DNA of 64,000 bases, taken from the sequence record NC_042093.1, one strand, 5' to 3'. Every line of letters starts with the position of its first letter. Position 1 is the first letter of the stretch. The position numbers and the translations under genes are program-made. Source of the DNA: Klebsiella phage Sugarland. This document shows, in pieces, positions 1 to 9,638 of this stretch. Under the pieces are notes generated by a model. The model did not search any database. It saw nothing but the letters and a program-made list of their open reading frames with translations, and was not told the DNA's origin.

Positions 1-93
1 GCTTAGAGGGTCGGGGGGTGGTATGGTAGTCCGATTACCCCCCTAGCTAACTATTAGTACCCTAACTATTTCGCTAGGGTACTATTAACTTTC

Positions 94-810
94 TTATGAT
101 GCGATGGCTAACGATTGAATGAATTGTTGCGGCTTAATTCCGTAGTCGCTTCTTTCTTCTTCGGTCATACCTTCCCAGCAATGAGCTAAACGCTCGCAAA
201 GATATTGATAATCATTATCATCATCCAGCGCTTCATCTATGAATGACTCACCCGCAAGGCGCACACCAATAGATAGAATGTCATTGATTGCGGTAGCGTC
301 CATCGTTTGAAGGCCAGCAGCAGCAGCAGCAGCCAACACGCCTTTATTATCGTCAATCATAGTGATAGTAGCGTTCGGATATTCAGCTTTAAGCATTTCA
401 AAATAATGCGTTTTATAGATACCGTCTTTTGCATAGTACACCTCTTTGTAATCAGCATCGCCAATATATCGGTGCAATACATCGCGGGATAGTATCTGGA
501 TATTACCACCGCGCCCCGCCCTGATACGTTGTTTCCGTAGGAAATAGTAATCGCTTTTGCTCATATAACGAGCGGTAACAACGATGTTTAATACAGTGGG
601 ATCATTAAGTGATGCCCGCATATATTCAACCAGCGGTAAAAGAGTGTCGGTCATAATTGCATCATGAACGCAAGCCTTTTCCCGGTACATGTTTAAATCT
701 AAGTTACCTTTCTCATCCATACACGGGAACACACGGGCAAAGGAATTAATAACAGTCCCGTCTAAATCCCATAACTTAATTGCCTTAATTGCCAGTTTAT
801 TAAAAGCCAT
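94..810 (-). CDS. dmp: 5'-deoxyribonucleotidase, HAD-family phosphatase (T5 dmp-like)
   Basis: N-terminal DxDGT motif (LWDLDGTV) typical of HAD hydrolases; position at the genome left end ahead of A1 as in T5. Confidence 0.7.
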   Translation of the reverse strand: MAFNKLAIKAIKLWDLDGTVINSFARVFPCMDEKGNLDLNMYREKACVHDAIMTDTLLPLVEYMRASLNDPTVLNIVVTARYMSKSDYYFLRKQRIRAGRGGNIQILSRDVLHRYIGDADYKEVYYAKDGIYKTHYFEMLKAEYPNATITMIDDNKGVLAAAAAAGLQTMDATAINDILSIGVRLAGESFIDEALDDDNDYQYLCERLAHCWEGMTEEERSDYGIKPQQFIQSLAIAS

Positions 811-879
811 TTTTCATTTCTCCGGTTTCGGGGTTGTTGGTAATCAAGCGAGCTATATTATAACTCGCTTTGTTAATTA

Positions 880-1332
880 TCAGAAGAATAAAGTTAAGGC
901 ATCGGCTAATTCAGCCGGTTTAATCCGGGTAGCCATTACCGGGACAATTGCGAGGGGCGGGGTATATTCGCTAGAAGAATAATCCATTACATCGCCTAAC
1001 AGATAAGTATCATCATAATCATTTTCGCTTACGACGATAAACATAAGGCCAGCGGCGGCGGCGTCAATCTCTACGATCTCGTAAATATCAGCTTCATAGA
1101 GAATAGAATCAGCGGCGACTAATTGCGACACAATGCCGGATTCTTTAAAATCAGCGGGGCGCGGGAGGATAGCGGCTAGAGCTTTTAAAACGGTGTCGCC
1201 GTCCACCGTGTTAACTTTCTGGTAGCTAACATGCGGGCGCCCTTCGCTATCGCGGGAAATAACAAGGCTATTTTCTACGACGTTGGACGCGGTGAAAGAT
1301 TTACGATTGTTATAGATGAAAGTAAGTTTCAT
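880..1332 (-). CDS. hypothetical pre-early protein
   Basis: 150-aa ORF with SD GGAGAAACAA upstream of ATG; same orientation as neighbours. Confidence 0.5.
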   Translation of the reverse strand: MKLTFIYNNRKSFTASNVVENSLVISRDSEGRPHVSYQKVNTVDGDTVLKALAAILPRPADFKESGIVSQLVAADSILYEADIYEIVEIDAAAAGLMFIVVSENDYDDTYLLGDVMDYSSSEYTPPLAIVPVMATRIKPAELADALTLFF

Positions 1333-1395
1333 TTGTTTCTCCAGCTTATTTATTTATGGGTTATTTATTGCCGGGGCAATTGCCCCGGCTTTTTG

Positions 1396-3078
1396 TTATG
1401 CAAAGAAAGCGCCGTCTTTAAAGTCAATCAAGGTACGTTGACCGTTTTCATAGGTGATTAGATGAGTCTGTGACCAGCTAGACGCGCCAATGTTGTAACC
1501 CATATCGAGGGAACCAGCGACGCCAGCAGTATAAACGCCGCCGTAAATGCTAGGCGTATGCGTATGGCCAGTGTTCATCTTACCGAGCTTGCGGAATCCT
1601 TTTGGATTGCCACGAGCGCCGTTAATGCCGTTGTGACCGTGGGAACCGCATTCAATGCCCGCGATTTTCATCGATTCATCCGTGGTTAGGAAGATCGCAG
1701 CAAAATCGCAGCCAGCAACATTGCGCAGGGCGTAATCTAGTACGTTAAAAGTATCGTCTTTATTTTCGATTGCCTCATAAATCGCAGCATTCAGGCGATA
1801 ATAAAGATGGCCGTTCGCCGGGTCTTGTTGAATGTTAGCTTTGCTATCATCCAGCCAGCGAGAAAGCGCCAGATCGTGATTAGACTCAACGATGACCGTT
1901 TGACTAAATTCACGTTCCATTTGCTCCAATACGCGCCCGGTATCGATCAGGTCGTCAATTACCTTGTCACGTCCGGCGGCATATTGTTTCGCAAGGAAAA
2001 CGCCACTAGCGCGGTTGTGATGGTTGCGCGACGTGAAATCATGCACATCATGCACAATCTGGTAACGAGGGCGCAGGATATCTACTAGCGCGGTTCCGCT
2101 AGGGTTATATTCCCAGCTTGCCGCCGCGACAGCGTGATCCAGCTTTTCGGCGTGAATGTCACCATATTGCAGCGCGGCAACATGCCCGGTTACTTCTTCG
2201 CCACCGTTAACAGTAAATTTATGATTAAGATCGTAAAACATCCCGCTTTCGTCCATCGTTTCAAGCTGGCGAGCAAAGAAGTTGCCGTTGTCGTCGATCT
2301 CTACCAGCAAAGCGCCGTAATTATGCAGCGCTTCGGCTTTTTGGCCCGCTTTTTGCTGAATATAATTTTTCAGCGTCGCTGTGCCAGTTGAATACATACG
2401 GCGCACAATGTCGCCCTTCATTGCCGGGACACTTTCAGCGGTGATTTTAGCGTGACCAATAGCCAGCCCTTTCAGGCCGTAGGCGGTCGCAGTCTCGCCA
2501 AAGCCGGACAGCGGAAAATCAGCAGTAGGCAGAATGTTAATTTCCGCCATGAATGCGAATCCTGTTTCACGGCTGCCCAAAAACACGTTTTCATTACAAA
2601 TGAAATCTGAGAAAGCATCATCATATTTCAGATCATCGTTGCCTTGCCCATTCTGGAAGCCTTTTTTGTTGTAGGCATATTTGCTAACCAGCAGGGTTGC
2701 GCCGAGGTATTTCGCGGCCTCCTGTAAGGTTTTCCAGAAGTTAGCATGAGGGAAGGTATTATTCTGAATCGACGTTAACAGAAAACGCTTACCCGGAATT
2801 ACCTTCCAGCTTTCGACGCTGGAATTAAGCTGACCAGCGGCAACGGGGCGGGAATCTTCCACCGCAACACGTTGAGCACGCTTTTCGGCAGCAGGTTTAA
2901 CAGGCTTGTTACTATCCAGCCAATCACAAATTTCGCTGGAATGTTTCGCCGTCCCGTAATGCTCTTTGCTCAATTCGTCGCAGATCTCCAGCTTTTTAGC
3001 GCGCAGACGTTTACCCCAAAAATTGAGGTTAGTTGCAGCGGTTAAAATAGCTTTTTGTTTCTCAATTGCAATGATCAT
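1396..3078 (-). CDS. A1: A1 pre-early protein with calcineurin-like metallophosphoesterase motifs
   Basis: 560 aa; motifs GDIHAE, ESNHD, GSHGHNG and NTGHTHTP resemble the D-x-H/GD/GNHD/GH/GHxH phosphoesterase signature; SD CTGGAGAA; size and position match T5 A1. Confidence 0.75.
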   Translation of the reverse strand: MIIAIEKQKAILTAATNLNFWGKRLRAKKLEICDELSKEHYGTAKHSSEICDWLDSNKPVKPAAEKRAQRVAVEDSRPVAAGQLNSSVESWKVIPGKRFLLTSIQNNTFPHANFWKTLQEAAKYLGATLLVSKYAYNKKGFQNGQGNDDLKYDDAFSDFICNENVFLGSRETGFAFMAEINILPTADFPLSGFGETATAYGLKGLAIGHAKITAESVPAMKGDIVRRMYSTGTATLKNYIQQKAGQKAEALHNYGALLVEIDDNGNFFARQLETMDESGMFYDLNHKFTVNGGEEVTGHVAALQYGDIHAEKLDHAVAAASWEYNPSGTALVDILRPRYQIVHDVHDFTSRNHHNRASGVFLAKQYAAGRDKVIDDLIDTGRVLEQMEREFSQTVIVESNHDLALSRWLDDSKANIQQDPANGHLYYRLNAAIYEAIENKDDTFNVLDYALRNVAGCDFAAIFLTTDESMKIAGIECGSHGHNGINGARGNPKGFRKLGKMNTGHTHTPSIYGGVYTAGVAGSLDMGYNIGASSWSQTHLITYENGQRTLIDFKDGAFFA

Positions 3079-3161
3079 TATTTAAATTCTCCAGTTAATG
3101 GGATATAGGCAAAATTGCCAAATATAACGCCGTGTTGCTAGTGGCGTTATAATTTGCGACT

Positions 3162-3389
3162 TTAAACTATTGCGGGAATAATACTAGCTGATATTCCAAA
3201 AGCTACGGCTAGAATAATAAAGATTATTGACCAGCGGCGGCAAATATTCGCTTTCTTAAACCAGAAATCACGGCGGAATAAATCCATTTGTTCACTGCCT
3301 ATTTCCATGAAATTATAGTATCCATAGAGACAAGCGGCGGCGAAAAAGCCAGCGATAAGAATTAAGGATTCAGTAGGGAAAAAGATCAT
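3162..3389 (-). CDS. small membrane protein (2 TM)
   Basis: 75 aa with two hydrophobic stretches; ATGA overlap with upstream ORF. Confidence 0.45.
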   Translation of the reverse strand: MIFFPTESLILIAGFFAAACLYGYYNFMEIGSEQMDLFRRDFWFKKANICRRWSIIFIILAVAFGISASIIPAIV

Positions 3390-3655
3390 TTTACAACCTC
3401 CTTTTCTTCTACGCTGAAAGCGTAATTAAGAAGGTAAATTTCGCGGGAAGATAATTCCAACATTTCCGGCTTAAATACTTCGCGGTTAATAGCCATCCCG
3501 AAAGTATCCGCGTCAGGGTTAACCCACAAAACAATATATTCAGGTACTTTGACGCTGGGAGGCGTCATTACGGCGGCATCTTGATAACCCGTTTGGATTA
3601 ATTCATCCACAACAGTTCCCGTTAATTTAATAACGGCACCTTTAATCAAAGCCAT
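3386..3655 (-). CDS. hypothetical protein
   Basis: 89-aa ORF with SD AACTGGAGAAATAAA-ATG. Confidence 0.5.
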   Translation of the reverse strand: MALIKGAVIKLTGTVVDELIQTGYQDAAVMTPPSVKVPEYIVLWVNPDADTFGMAINREVFKPEMLELSSREIYLLNYAFSVEEKEVVK

Positions 3656-3721
3656 TTTATTTCTCCAGTTATGGGGGACAAAATATTTAATTATGCGCCC
3701 CGCTAGGGAGGCGCATTATAA

Positions 3722-4126
3722 TTATTCTGCCGACTCTTTTACTTCATCCTGAACGCCAACCATACGGGCGATAACGTCCAGTTGGTCGAGCTTCATTTGT
3801 TCCAAACTTGCCAGGCCGTCGGCATCTTCGATCAGGCCGTCGGCAATAGCGTGCTGAGTGAGAACGCGCACATAGTGAGCTTTACGCAGGGAGGAACCGC
3901 CGCCGACTTTGCGCGGCTTATCGGACTTCTGATAAACCTTTGCGCTAACCAGTTTAGAACGCACTTTAACATGCGATTCAGCACCGACAGCCTTTGCAAT
4001 ATCGATAAGACCTTGCGAGTTAGCCACCTCCAGACCTTCGGCAGCAATAATACCTTCATACATAGAAATCGCAGTTGCGGCGTTTGTTTCGTTCCATGCA
4101 AATTTTTCGGTTTTAGTAGCAGTCAT
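3722..4126 (-). CDS. A2: A2-like pre-early protein
   Basis: 134 aa, basic central region, SD AACTGGAGAT; position downstream of A1 as in T5. Confidence 0.5.
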   Translation of the reverse strand: MTATKTEKFAWNETNAATAISMYEGIIAAEGLEVANSQGLIDIAKAVGAESHVKVRSKLVSAKVYQKSDKPRKVGGGSSLRKAHYVRVLTQHAIADGLIEDADGLASLEQMKLDQLDVIARMVGVQDEVKESAE

Positions 4127-4464
4127 GATATATCTCCAGTTTTATTTAAGGGGTTAGGCCAGAAAGTTAGCCGCTATATATTCTAGCTAGAATATATAAC
4201 GAAAACTCTTTATTTTAGTTTTCAATTTAAAGCTATTTAAAGCGGCATTGTATATATACGCTGCCTTTAATAATTACGCTATTACGTCTATTTCACGCTA
4301 TAGATTCGTGTTAACTCACGATTGCCGTTCAAAGCATGATATAAGTTCCAGCACATAAGTTTAATTTGCGCACCATAACATAGCTTGCGCTGCATGGGAT
4401 ATACATCGGAAGTCTAACATAGGGGAAGCATCCCATTATTTACCGGGGTTAAACTTATTGGCTA

Positions 4465-4725
4465 TTAAGCGACAGCCAACCATTTATCATCTTTGCGAAT
4501 GACTTTCACCACGTCGCCGGAATCTACCCGGACGCTGTAAATCCTCGCGTCGCTGTTTTTTGCTTTTTCCGTTTCGGCGTAAACCGCATTAATTTTATCA
4601 AATGGGATCATCGCCGCCCCTTTGATATATCCGATTTTTTCATTTTCGCCCGGCTTACTTACGTCGCCAGTAACGAAAGGAATAAAAACGGAATCACCGA
4701 TCATTGGGGTTTTAACGTTTTGCAT
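4465..4725 (-). CDS. hypothetical protein
   Basis: 86 aa, SD AACTGGAGTAAG. Confidence 0.5.
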   Translation of the reverse strand: MQNVKTPMIGDSVFIPFVTGDVSKPGENEKIGYIKGAAMIPFDKINAVYAETEKAKNSDARIYSVRVDSGDVVKVIRKDDKWLAVA

Positions 4726-4891
4726 GTTTCTTACTCCAGTTTAGTTTATTGGGTTATCCGGTTAACACTCTGATATTTTAGAGTGTTAACAGAAAACTCA
4801 ATTACCCTTACTGAGAGAATCGACTTTTCCAAATTTTTAAAGAGCGGTGTTGCTTATTGAGATTCTATAATAAAGCGTTATCGGCAGATTG

Positions 4892-5080
4892 TCAAACGTT
4901 ATTTTGTAAAGATTTTAGATAACGCATCATGTTATCCCAAATCATCGGCAAGCCTTGCTGGCCTCCGCGCTGGTAAGAACGGTAACGCCGCGCCATATCG
5001 CGCTGCATTTTGACCAATTCCGAGCTTGCCATTTTGTTCAATTTTGCTGCCGGTTTAGATGATATTACAAAGCGTTTCAT
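4892..5080 (-). CDS. small basic hypothetical protein
   Basis: 62-aa ORF. Confidence 0.35.
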   Translation of the reverse strand: MKRFVISSKPAAKLNKMASSELVKMQRDMARRYRSYQRGGQQGLPMIWDNMMRYLKSLQNNV

Positions 5081-5095
5081 GTTGTCAACCTTTAA

Positions 5096-5263
5096 TTAGT
5101 GGAGTGTATGATTTCGTTTAGTTTGCATAATGATTTGACCGTCTCTATGGATGAAGGCTAAATCTACGTCGTACACTTCTTTATAAGTCTTAATGAAGTA
5201 TTCAGCGTCTGCTACTGTGAACTCGTTTACAATCTCGCTACTCATTACGTTTTCTTTTAACAT
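5096..5263 (-). CDS. small hypothetical protein (55 aa)
   Basis: ORF MLKENVMSSEIVNEF... below the 60-aa track cutoff. Confidence 0.25.
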   Translation of the reverse strand: MLKENVMSSEIVNEFTVADAEYFIKTYKEVYDVDLAFIHRDGQIIMQTKRNHTLH

Positions 5264-5690
5264 GTTTTCGGTTCCCTTATAAAGTAAAGAAGCCGATAAC
5301 GCTTTTTATAGAATCCCAAATTTTTAAAGAGCAGTGTAGGGCGGGGGCAGACTATACTTGTTTCGGCCTTTCCGTTCGGGGTAGTCGGGGCTATGTTACC
5401 GCCTCCTGATACCTGACTACTAGTGAAACGCTTTCGTGTTTCCCGTTTCGTCTTGCCGCCCTACGAGATAAATAATAACACAATGACGTTTAGCCGCAAG
5501 CGCAGAATTGTAAAGAAGTGTAAAGAGAAAACAGGCCCACGATAGATAGGAAGCGCGCGCGCACGTGACACAATATTTAAAGAAAGTCAACGAATATTTT
5601 TACTATTTTTCTTCAAAAGGGGTTGACAAAATCTATTTCACACGAGGTGAGGAGATCGCCTCATACCCGGTATGATTCATCGGCTTTTAT

Positions 5691-5720
5691 CTAAAACCGC
5701 TTAGAATCGATTCTAAGCGG
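5691..5720. repeat. 30-bp perfect palindrome AAACCGCTTAGAATC/GATTCTAAGCGGTTT
   Basis: read directly; flanked by T/A runs; bidirectional terminator-like or protein-binding site. Confidence 0.6.
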
Positions 5721-5859
5721 TTTTAGACCCTGTTAATAACTTATACAAAAAGCAAAAATGAAATTTAATTAGTTATCCACTAGACAAATGATTATTTTTA
5801 TGAAAACGCAAAATAATGCTTGCGTTTATTTTATGCTGTACTCCTGTTTTCCGGGCAAG

Positions 5860-5868
5860 TTATCCACA
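5860..5868 (+). promoter_or_regulatory. DnaA box TTATCCACA (exact consensus)
   Basis: exact 9-mer. Confidence 0.6.
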
Positions 5869-5920
5869 GCACAAAATAACTTGACAAGCTGAGAAGCGGT
5901 ATAACGAGATATCCCCAGAC

Positions 5921-5956
5921 TTATCCACAGGTTATCCTACTGTATATTTATACAGT
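5921..5956. repeat. left arm of long-range inverted repeat carrying DnaA box TTATCCACA plus GTTATCCTA and an 18-bp palindrome ACTGTATATTTATACAGT
   Basis: reverse complement matches 9872-9919 apart from a 10-bp insertion. Confidence 0.65.
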
Positions 5957-6069
5957 ATATTCCAGCAGCGGTAATACTCTAATATACCCCTAGAACGCTC
6001 TATAACGCATTCTGAGCGCTTTAAATTTAGAGGCCATATTAAAGGCCATTGCTAGAGGGGCGCAGAAAA

Positions 6070-6110
6070 ACAAAAAGCCCGCTCATTATAAGCAGGCTTT
6101 TAATTCGTTT
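6070..6110 (-). terminator. intrinsic terminator (minus strand)
   Basis: on the minus strand, stem AGCCTGCT/AGCGGGCT followed by TTTTTGTTTTTCTG; downstream of gene 6116..6358. Confidence 0.5.
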
Positions 6111-6115
6111 GCTAA

Positions 6116-6358
6116 CTATTCCGTATAGGTAATGTTATCATGGTCAGTAAATGAAAACGGCGTTTCATCCGTACTCCATTCATCCCATAATTTAGCAGAC
6201 TCATGATTTCGCAGTTTAGCAATAGCAGGCATAATACTAGCTTGCTCATTATTAACAATAGGCGCGGCTAACTTTGCATACTCCTCCGGGGTTAATTCCA
6301 CCTCATAGGTGAGATTAGTAACCCTTTGCGTACTAACTAATACACGTATCTTTTCCAT
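6116..6358 (-). CDS. hypothetical protein
   Basis: 80-aa ORF. Confidence 0.45.
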   Translation of the reverse strand: MEKIRVLVSTQRVTNLTYEVELTPEEYAKLAAPIVNNEQASIMPAIAKLRNHESAKLWDEWSTDETPFSFTDHDNITYTE

Positions 6359-6705
6359 TATCGGAATACCGTTTCAATTGTTTCGCCGCTAGAGCATACC
6401 GACCCGCCGCGATAAAACAGGCGTTCGGTTTTATATTTGGTTAGCAGATCATAGAGATCCAGATCATCGGAAAGCGGGTAAGACTCCCCCAGCGCGGAAA
6501 CGGAAACAGGTTTACCCTCTACCAGATCACGGCAAATTAGAATCAGCAAAGGCCAACTAATATTGATAGCATCGCCTCGCAATCCGATTTTAAGTGTAGC
6601 CACTTCATCAATATGCCTTGCATTCTGGCGGCTAACATATTGGATCACGGTCTCCATCGTTTTATAGTGAGCCAGAAAATATTTGTTGACATAGATGTAA
6701 ATCAT
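6358..6705 (-). CDS. hypothetical protein
   Basis: 115-aa ORF, start overlaps upstream stop. Confidence 0.45.
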   Translation of the reverse strand: MIYIYVNKYFLAHYKTMETVIQYVSRQNARHIDEVATLKIGLRGDAINISWPLLILICRDLVEGKPVSVSALGESYPLSDDLDLYDLLTKYKTERLFYRGGSVCSSGETIETVFR

Positions 6706-7238
6706 AGGTATACGACCCCGCTAACCTTCCAACCGGATTTTAAACCTTCCTCAATATGAAGGATAGTTTCAGCATCCGGGATATAGATAAACGTTTTCAA
6801 TTCGCGCAGATTAATAACTGCCTTTCCGTCAGCTATCTGGATGTAACCCAAATAGATTGCCCGCTCTAGAACGGAATGAAGGGGCGAACCACCATTAACG
6901 AGGTTGCAGGAATGACCGGGCCAGTACATATAAAACGACCCTTCTACCCCAGCATTACAGTATTTTTCGTCGTCGTCTTCTTCCCAATCATCCTCGCCTA
7001 ACATACTTTCGGCATGTTCGCAAGCCTTTTCCCAGGAAAGGGAATCGACGTCAATTCCACGACCTAAAAAATGAAGGTCAGTCCAGCCAGTACCGCAAAC
7101 GTTAGTATCACATTTGAGGACGGCGGCGACTTCCTGAGACTCAATTCGCCCGCCCTCTAAATATAAACCTTCTTCCGCTTCTACCGTACAATTAATGCCC
7201 GGTACGCAAGATTTCATATGAAACATGGTTTTCTCCAA
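6702..7238 (-). CDS. hypothetical Cys-rich protein
   Basis: 178 aa, SD GGAGAAAACC. Confidence 0.5.
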   Translation of the reverse strand: MEKTMFHMKSCVPGINCTVEAEEGLYLEGGRIESQEVAAVLKCDTNVCGTGWTDLHFLGRGIDVDSLSWEKACEHAESMLGEDDWEEDDDEKYCNAGVEGSFYMYWPGHSCNLVNGGSPLHSVLERAIYLGYIQIADGKAVINLRELKTFIYIPDAETILHIEEGLKSGWKVSGVVYL

Positions 7239-7279
7239 TAATGGGGGCGGCTAGAGATTCAGCCGCCGGGAAGGGGATT

Positions 7280-7774
7280 TTACAGCTTATCGCGGAAAGT
7301 ATCAAGCCGGTTGTTTAGCTCTTTAATCGCGTCGGCATGGATTTCGTCATACGTTGACACGATATCCGCCAGCTCATCCATAGTTAGCGAACTAACAATA
7401 ACGGACGTTTTCACCTCCAGCTTTTCCGGTTCCGGTTCCGCTGGTGGCGTATCCAAAAACGTTAGCGAGCCTAAATTAATTAGGAATACTTCGATTTCGG
7501 TAGCGCCGGATTCGCAGTCTATTTCAAAACTGCTATCCCCAATACAGATATCAAAGCCATAGCCATATACCCCGATAATCCGCAAGGGGATTCCCAGCAT
7601 ATCGTCGGTGTCCGGGTAGCAGTCCCGGCGGTCAATCTGGCGGGCCAGATTATCCAAGTTTTTTGGCTCGATGAAAATAGCAAAATTGCCACGATCACCA
7701 TTCTGGCGCAGGCGCTGCCATACATTAGCGATCGTCATCTTTTCGCCTTCGAAAGTAGCGGTTAGCCGTTCCAT
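7280..7774 (-). CDS. hypothetical acidic protein
   Basis: 164 aa, SD AACTGGAGAATGTT. Confidence 0.5.
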   Translation of the reverse strand: MERLTATFEGEKMTIANVWQRLRQNGDRGNFAIFIEPKNLDNLARQIDRRDCYPDTDDMLGIPLRIIGVYGYGFDICIGDSSFEIDCESGATEIEVFLINLGSLTFLDTPPAEPEPEKLEVKTSVIVSSLTMDELADIVSTYDEIHADAIKELNNRLDTFRDKL

Positions 7775-7839
7775 AACATTCTCCAGTTAGTTAGCAGGGT
7801 AATTATTATAGCGCCCCATTATAGAGGCGCTAAATATAA

Positions 7840-8805
7840 TTATTCTGCTACGTCGTTTTCAATCAGGCTAGAAAGATTGACGCCTTTTAATACCTCGTCA
7901 ATCATTTCGCCGACGTTGAAACTTTGTACCAGTTCCAACATGGCGGCTTGCATTGCAGCGTCAGCCGCAATCACCGCTTTGCGGTTGTTCGGCGCATACT
8001 GGCTAACCGCAAAATTCAGCAGGTTAGCAATTACCACACGGCCTACCGCCGTGTCAACATAACCGCGAACCATAAACGGCGCTTTGCTGGCGGCGATGCC
8101 GGAAACTTTTTTCAGGACGATAGAACCAGCTTCCAGTTTAGCGGCGTTTACAGCAGCGTTTTTGTTAGCGGCAACGATAGCGGTAGCAGTAGATTTGATA
8201 GTATTCATTTGTAAAACTCCAGATTCAAAAGTGTTAGGGGTAACTGCATTTTCAGTAACAGCCGGGGCAACATCTTCCAGCTCGCCATCATAACGATAAT
8301 TTCCAGTCCTTGCCCCTTCTTCGATATCAATATCGTAGAAGTTACATGGTAACAGGATACTCCCGTCCTTGTCAAGCACAAAAATCATCATTTCGCTAGA
8401 AATGCGTGCTGGTGGTAGTTCCAGATGATCACAAAGATTTTTAATCCATGCGCGGGCATCAGTGAAAGCGAGCAGTTCGCTTTCATGGTAGCAAAAACGT
8501 CTCGACGCTTGCTTACCCTCGGACGCTTTATACAAATAAGCGTCCGAAGTAGTAGACACTATCAGATCAATAGGCTGGCTGTCAACCAAATATTGATCAT
8601 CGTGATAAATAACAATCGCCGCTCCGGGGGTGGCTAGAGCGTAGTCACGGCAATGCTCAAAGGCATAGCCGGATCTACTTTCCATATTTGCGCGATAAAC
8701 GGCCAAAATATGACCAATAGAGGCGCACTTACTGCCATCTAACAGGTTGCGAGCGCCACCGCGAACCATCGGCAAATTAGCAACGGGGGTAAACTTCTGT
8801 AACAT
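7840..8805 (-). CDS. hypothetical protein
   Basis: 321 aa; SD AAGGAG; preceded by PN25-like promoter. Confidence 0.55.
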   Translation of the reverse strand: MLQKFTPVANLPMVRGGARNLLDGSKCASIGHILAVYRANMESRSGYAFEHCRDYALATPGAAIVIYHDDQYLVDSQPIDLIVSTTSDAYLYKASEGKQASRRFCYHESELLAFTDARAWIKNLCDHLELPPARISSEMMIFVLDKDGSILLPCNFYDIDIEEGARTGNYRYDGELEDVAPAVTENAVTPNTFESGVLQMNTIKSTATAIVAANKNAAVNAAKLEAGSIVLKKVSGIAASKAPFMVRGYVDTAVGRVVIANLLNFAVSQYAPNNRKAVIAADAAMQAAMLELVQSFNVGEMIDEVLKGVNLSSLIENDVAE

Positions 8806-8837
8806 TTTCTGTTACTCCTTTGTTTGGCTGAGAATCT

Positions 8838-8867
8838 ATTATAGCAAGATTCCCAGCTTTTTAGCAA
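8838..8867 (-). promoter_or_regulatory. sigma70 promoter TTGCTA-18-TATAAT with TATAATAGATTC downstream context
   Basis: hexamers read on the minus strand; T5 early-promoter architecture. Confidence 0.55.
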
Positions 8868-8877
8868 GTATTATTTT

Positions 8878-9216
8878 CTAGAAACAGATGCCACGGCCCC
8901 GGCCTACCTCATCCCGATTTTCATCGAAAATGATCACATTGGCATCAAACGTGCTACGGCTAACGATCATTTGAATGCCATCCTTCCCCGGTTCTGGTTC
9001 CACCATAAATCCCCATGTACCGGAATCGACTGTTACAGAATCAAAATCCTGATTCCGTAACAATGCCGTAACAGTTCCCTCTTTTGCAAAGGTTACAGAA
9101 ACACGGCACTCAATAGGCCGAACCTTTTCAGGGGTAACGATAGCCGGGGCGCTAACCTCCGCAAGGGCAGCACCGGAAAGCATAGCAAGGCCAAAGCCAA
9201 TAACGGCAAGTTTCAT
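8878..9216 (-). CDS. secreted/periplasmic small protein
   Basis: start chosen at MKLAVIGFGLAMLSGAALA (signal peptide) with SD CTGGAGAATGTT; track ORF extends 15 codons upstream. Confidence 0.45.
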   Translation of the reverse strand: MKLAVIGFGLAMLSGAALAEVSAPAIVTPEKVRPIECRVSVTFAKEGTVTALLRNQDFDSVTVDSGTWGFMVEPEPGKDGIQMIVSRSTFDANVIIFDENRDEVGRGRGICF

Positions 9217-9303
9217 AACATTCTCCAGTTTTAGGGGTTGTTCCCGTTTGAGAGATTGCATTATGCAGGAATCAGATCTGACTGTCTACCACTAAAAATA
9301 GTA

Positions 9304-9331
9304 GTTGCTTCCTGCTAGAGTTATGGTATTA
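9304..9331 (+). promoter_or_regulatory. candidate sigma70 promoter TTGCTT-16-TATTAT
   Basis: upstream of three-peptide operon. Confidence 0.35.
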
Positions 9332-9360
9332 TTATGACTCTAGACAAAGGAGATCGAAAA

Positions 9361-9474
9361 ATGACTTTTTCAATGTTGGCGCTCGGTTTAGTCGGTTCTA
9401 TGATGGTTTTGGGCTTTATCGCTTTTTGCGGGTATGCCCTTTATGACGTATTATTTAATAAGGAGGCTTTTTAA
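9361..9474 (+). CDS. tiny hydrophobic peptide 1 (37 aa)
   Basis: SD AAAGGAGATCG; MTFSMLALGLVGSMMVLGFIAFCGYALYDV...; TAATG coupling to next ORF. Confidence 0.4.
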   Translation: MTFSMLALGLVGSMMVLGFIAFCGYALYDVLFNKEAF

Positions 9475-9638
9475 TGAGAACTTTGCGCGGTGGTAGCCCC
9501 AAAAGCCGTAGCCACAATACTTACCAATTGAACGTTATTCGTGATGGTCAGAAGAAAGGCGGTGGCGGCGGTGAGTGGGGTTTTCGTGTCATCATGGTTA
9601 TTATTATGACCCTAATCTTTTTGCAGAGTTGCCAATAA
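9474..9638 (+). CDS. tiny peptide 2 (54 aa), basic N-terminus, Gly-run and C-terminal TM
   Basis: SD AAGGAGG; TAATG overlaps on both sides. Confidence 0.4.
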   Translation: MRTLRGGSPKSRSHNTYQLNVIRDGQKKGGGGGEWGFRVIMVIIMTLIFLQSCQ

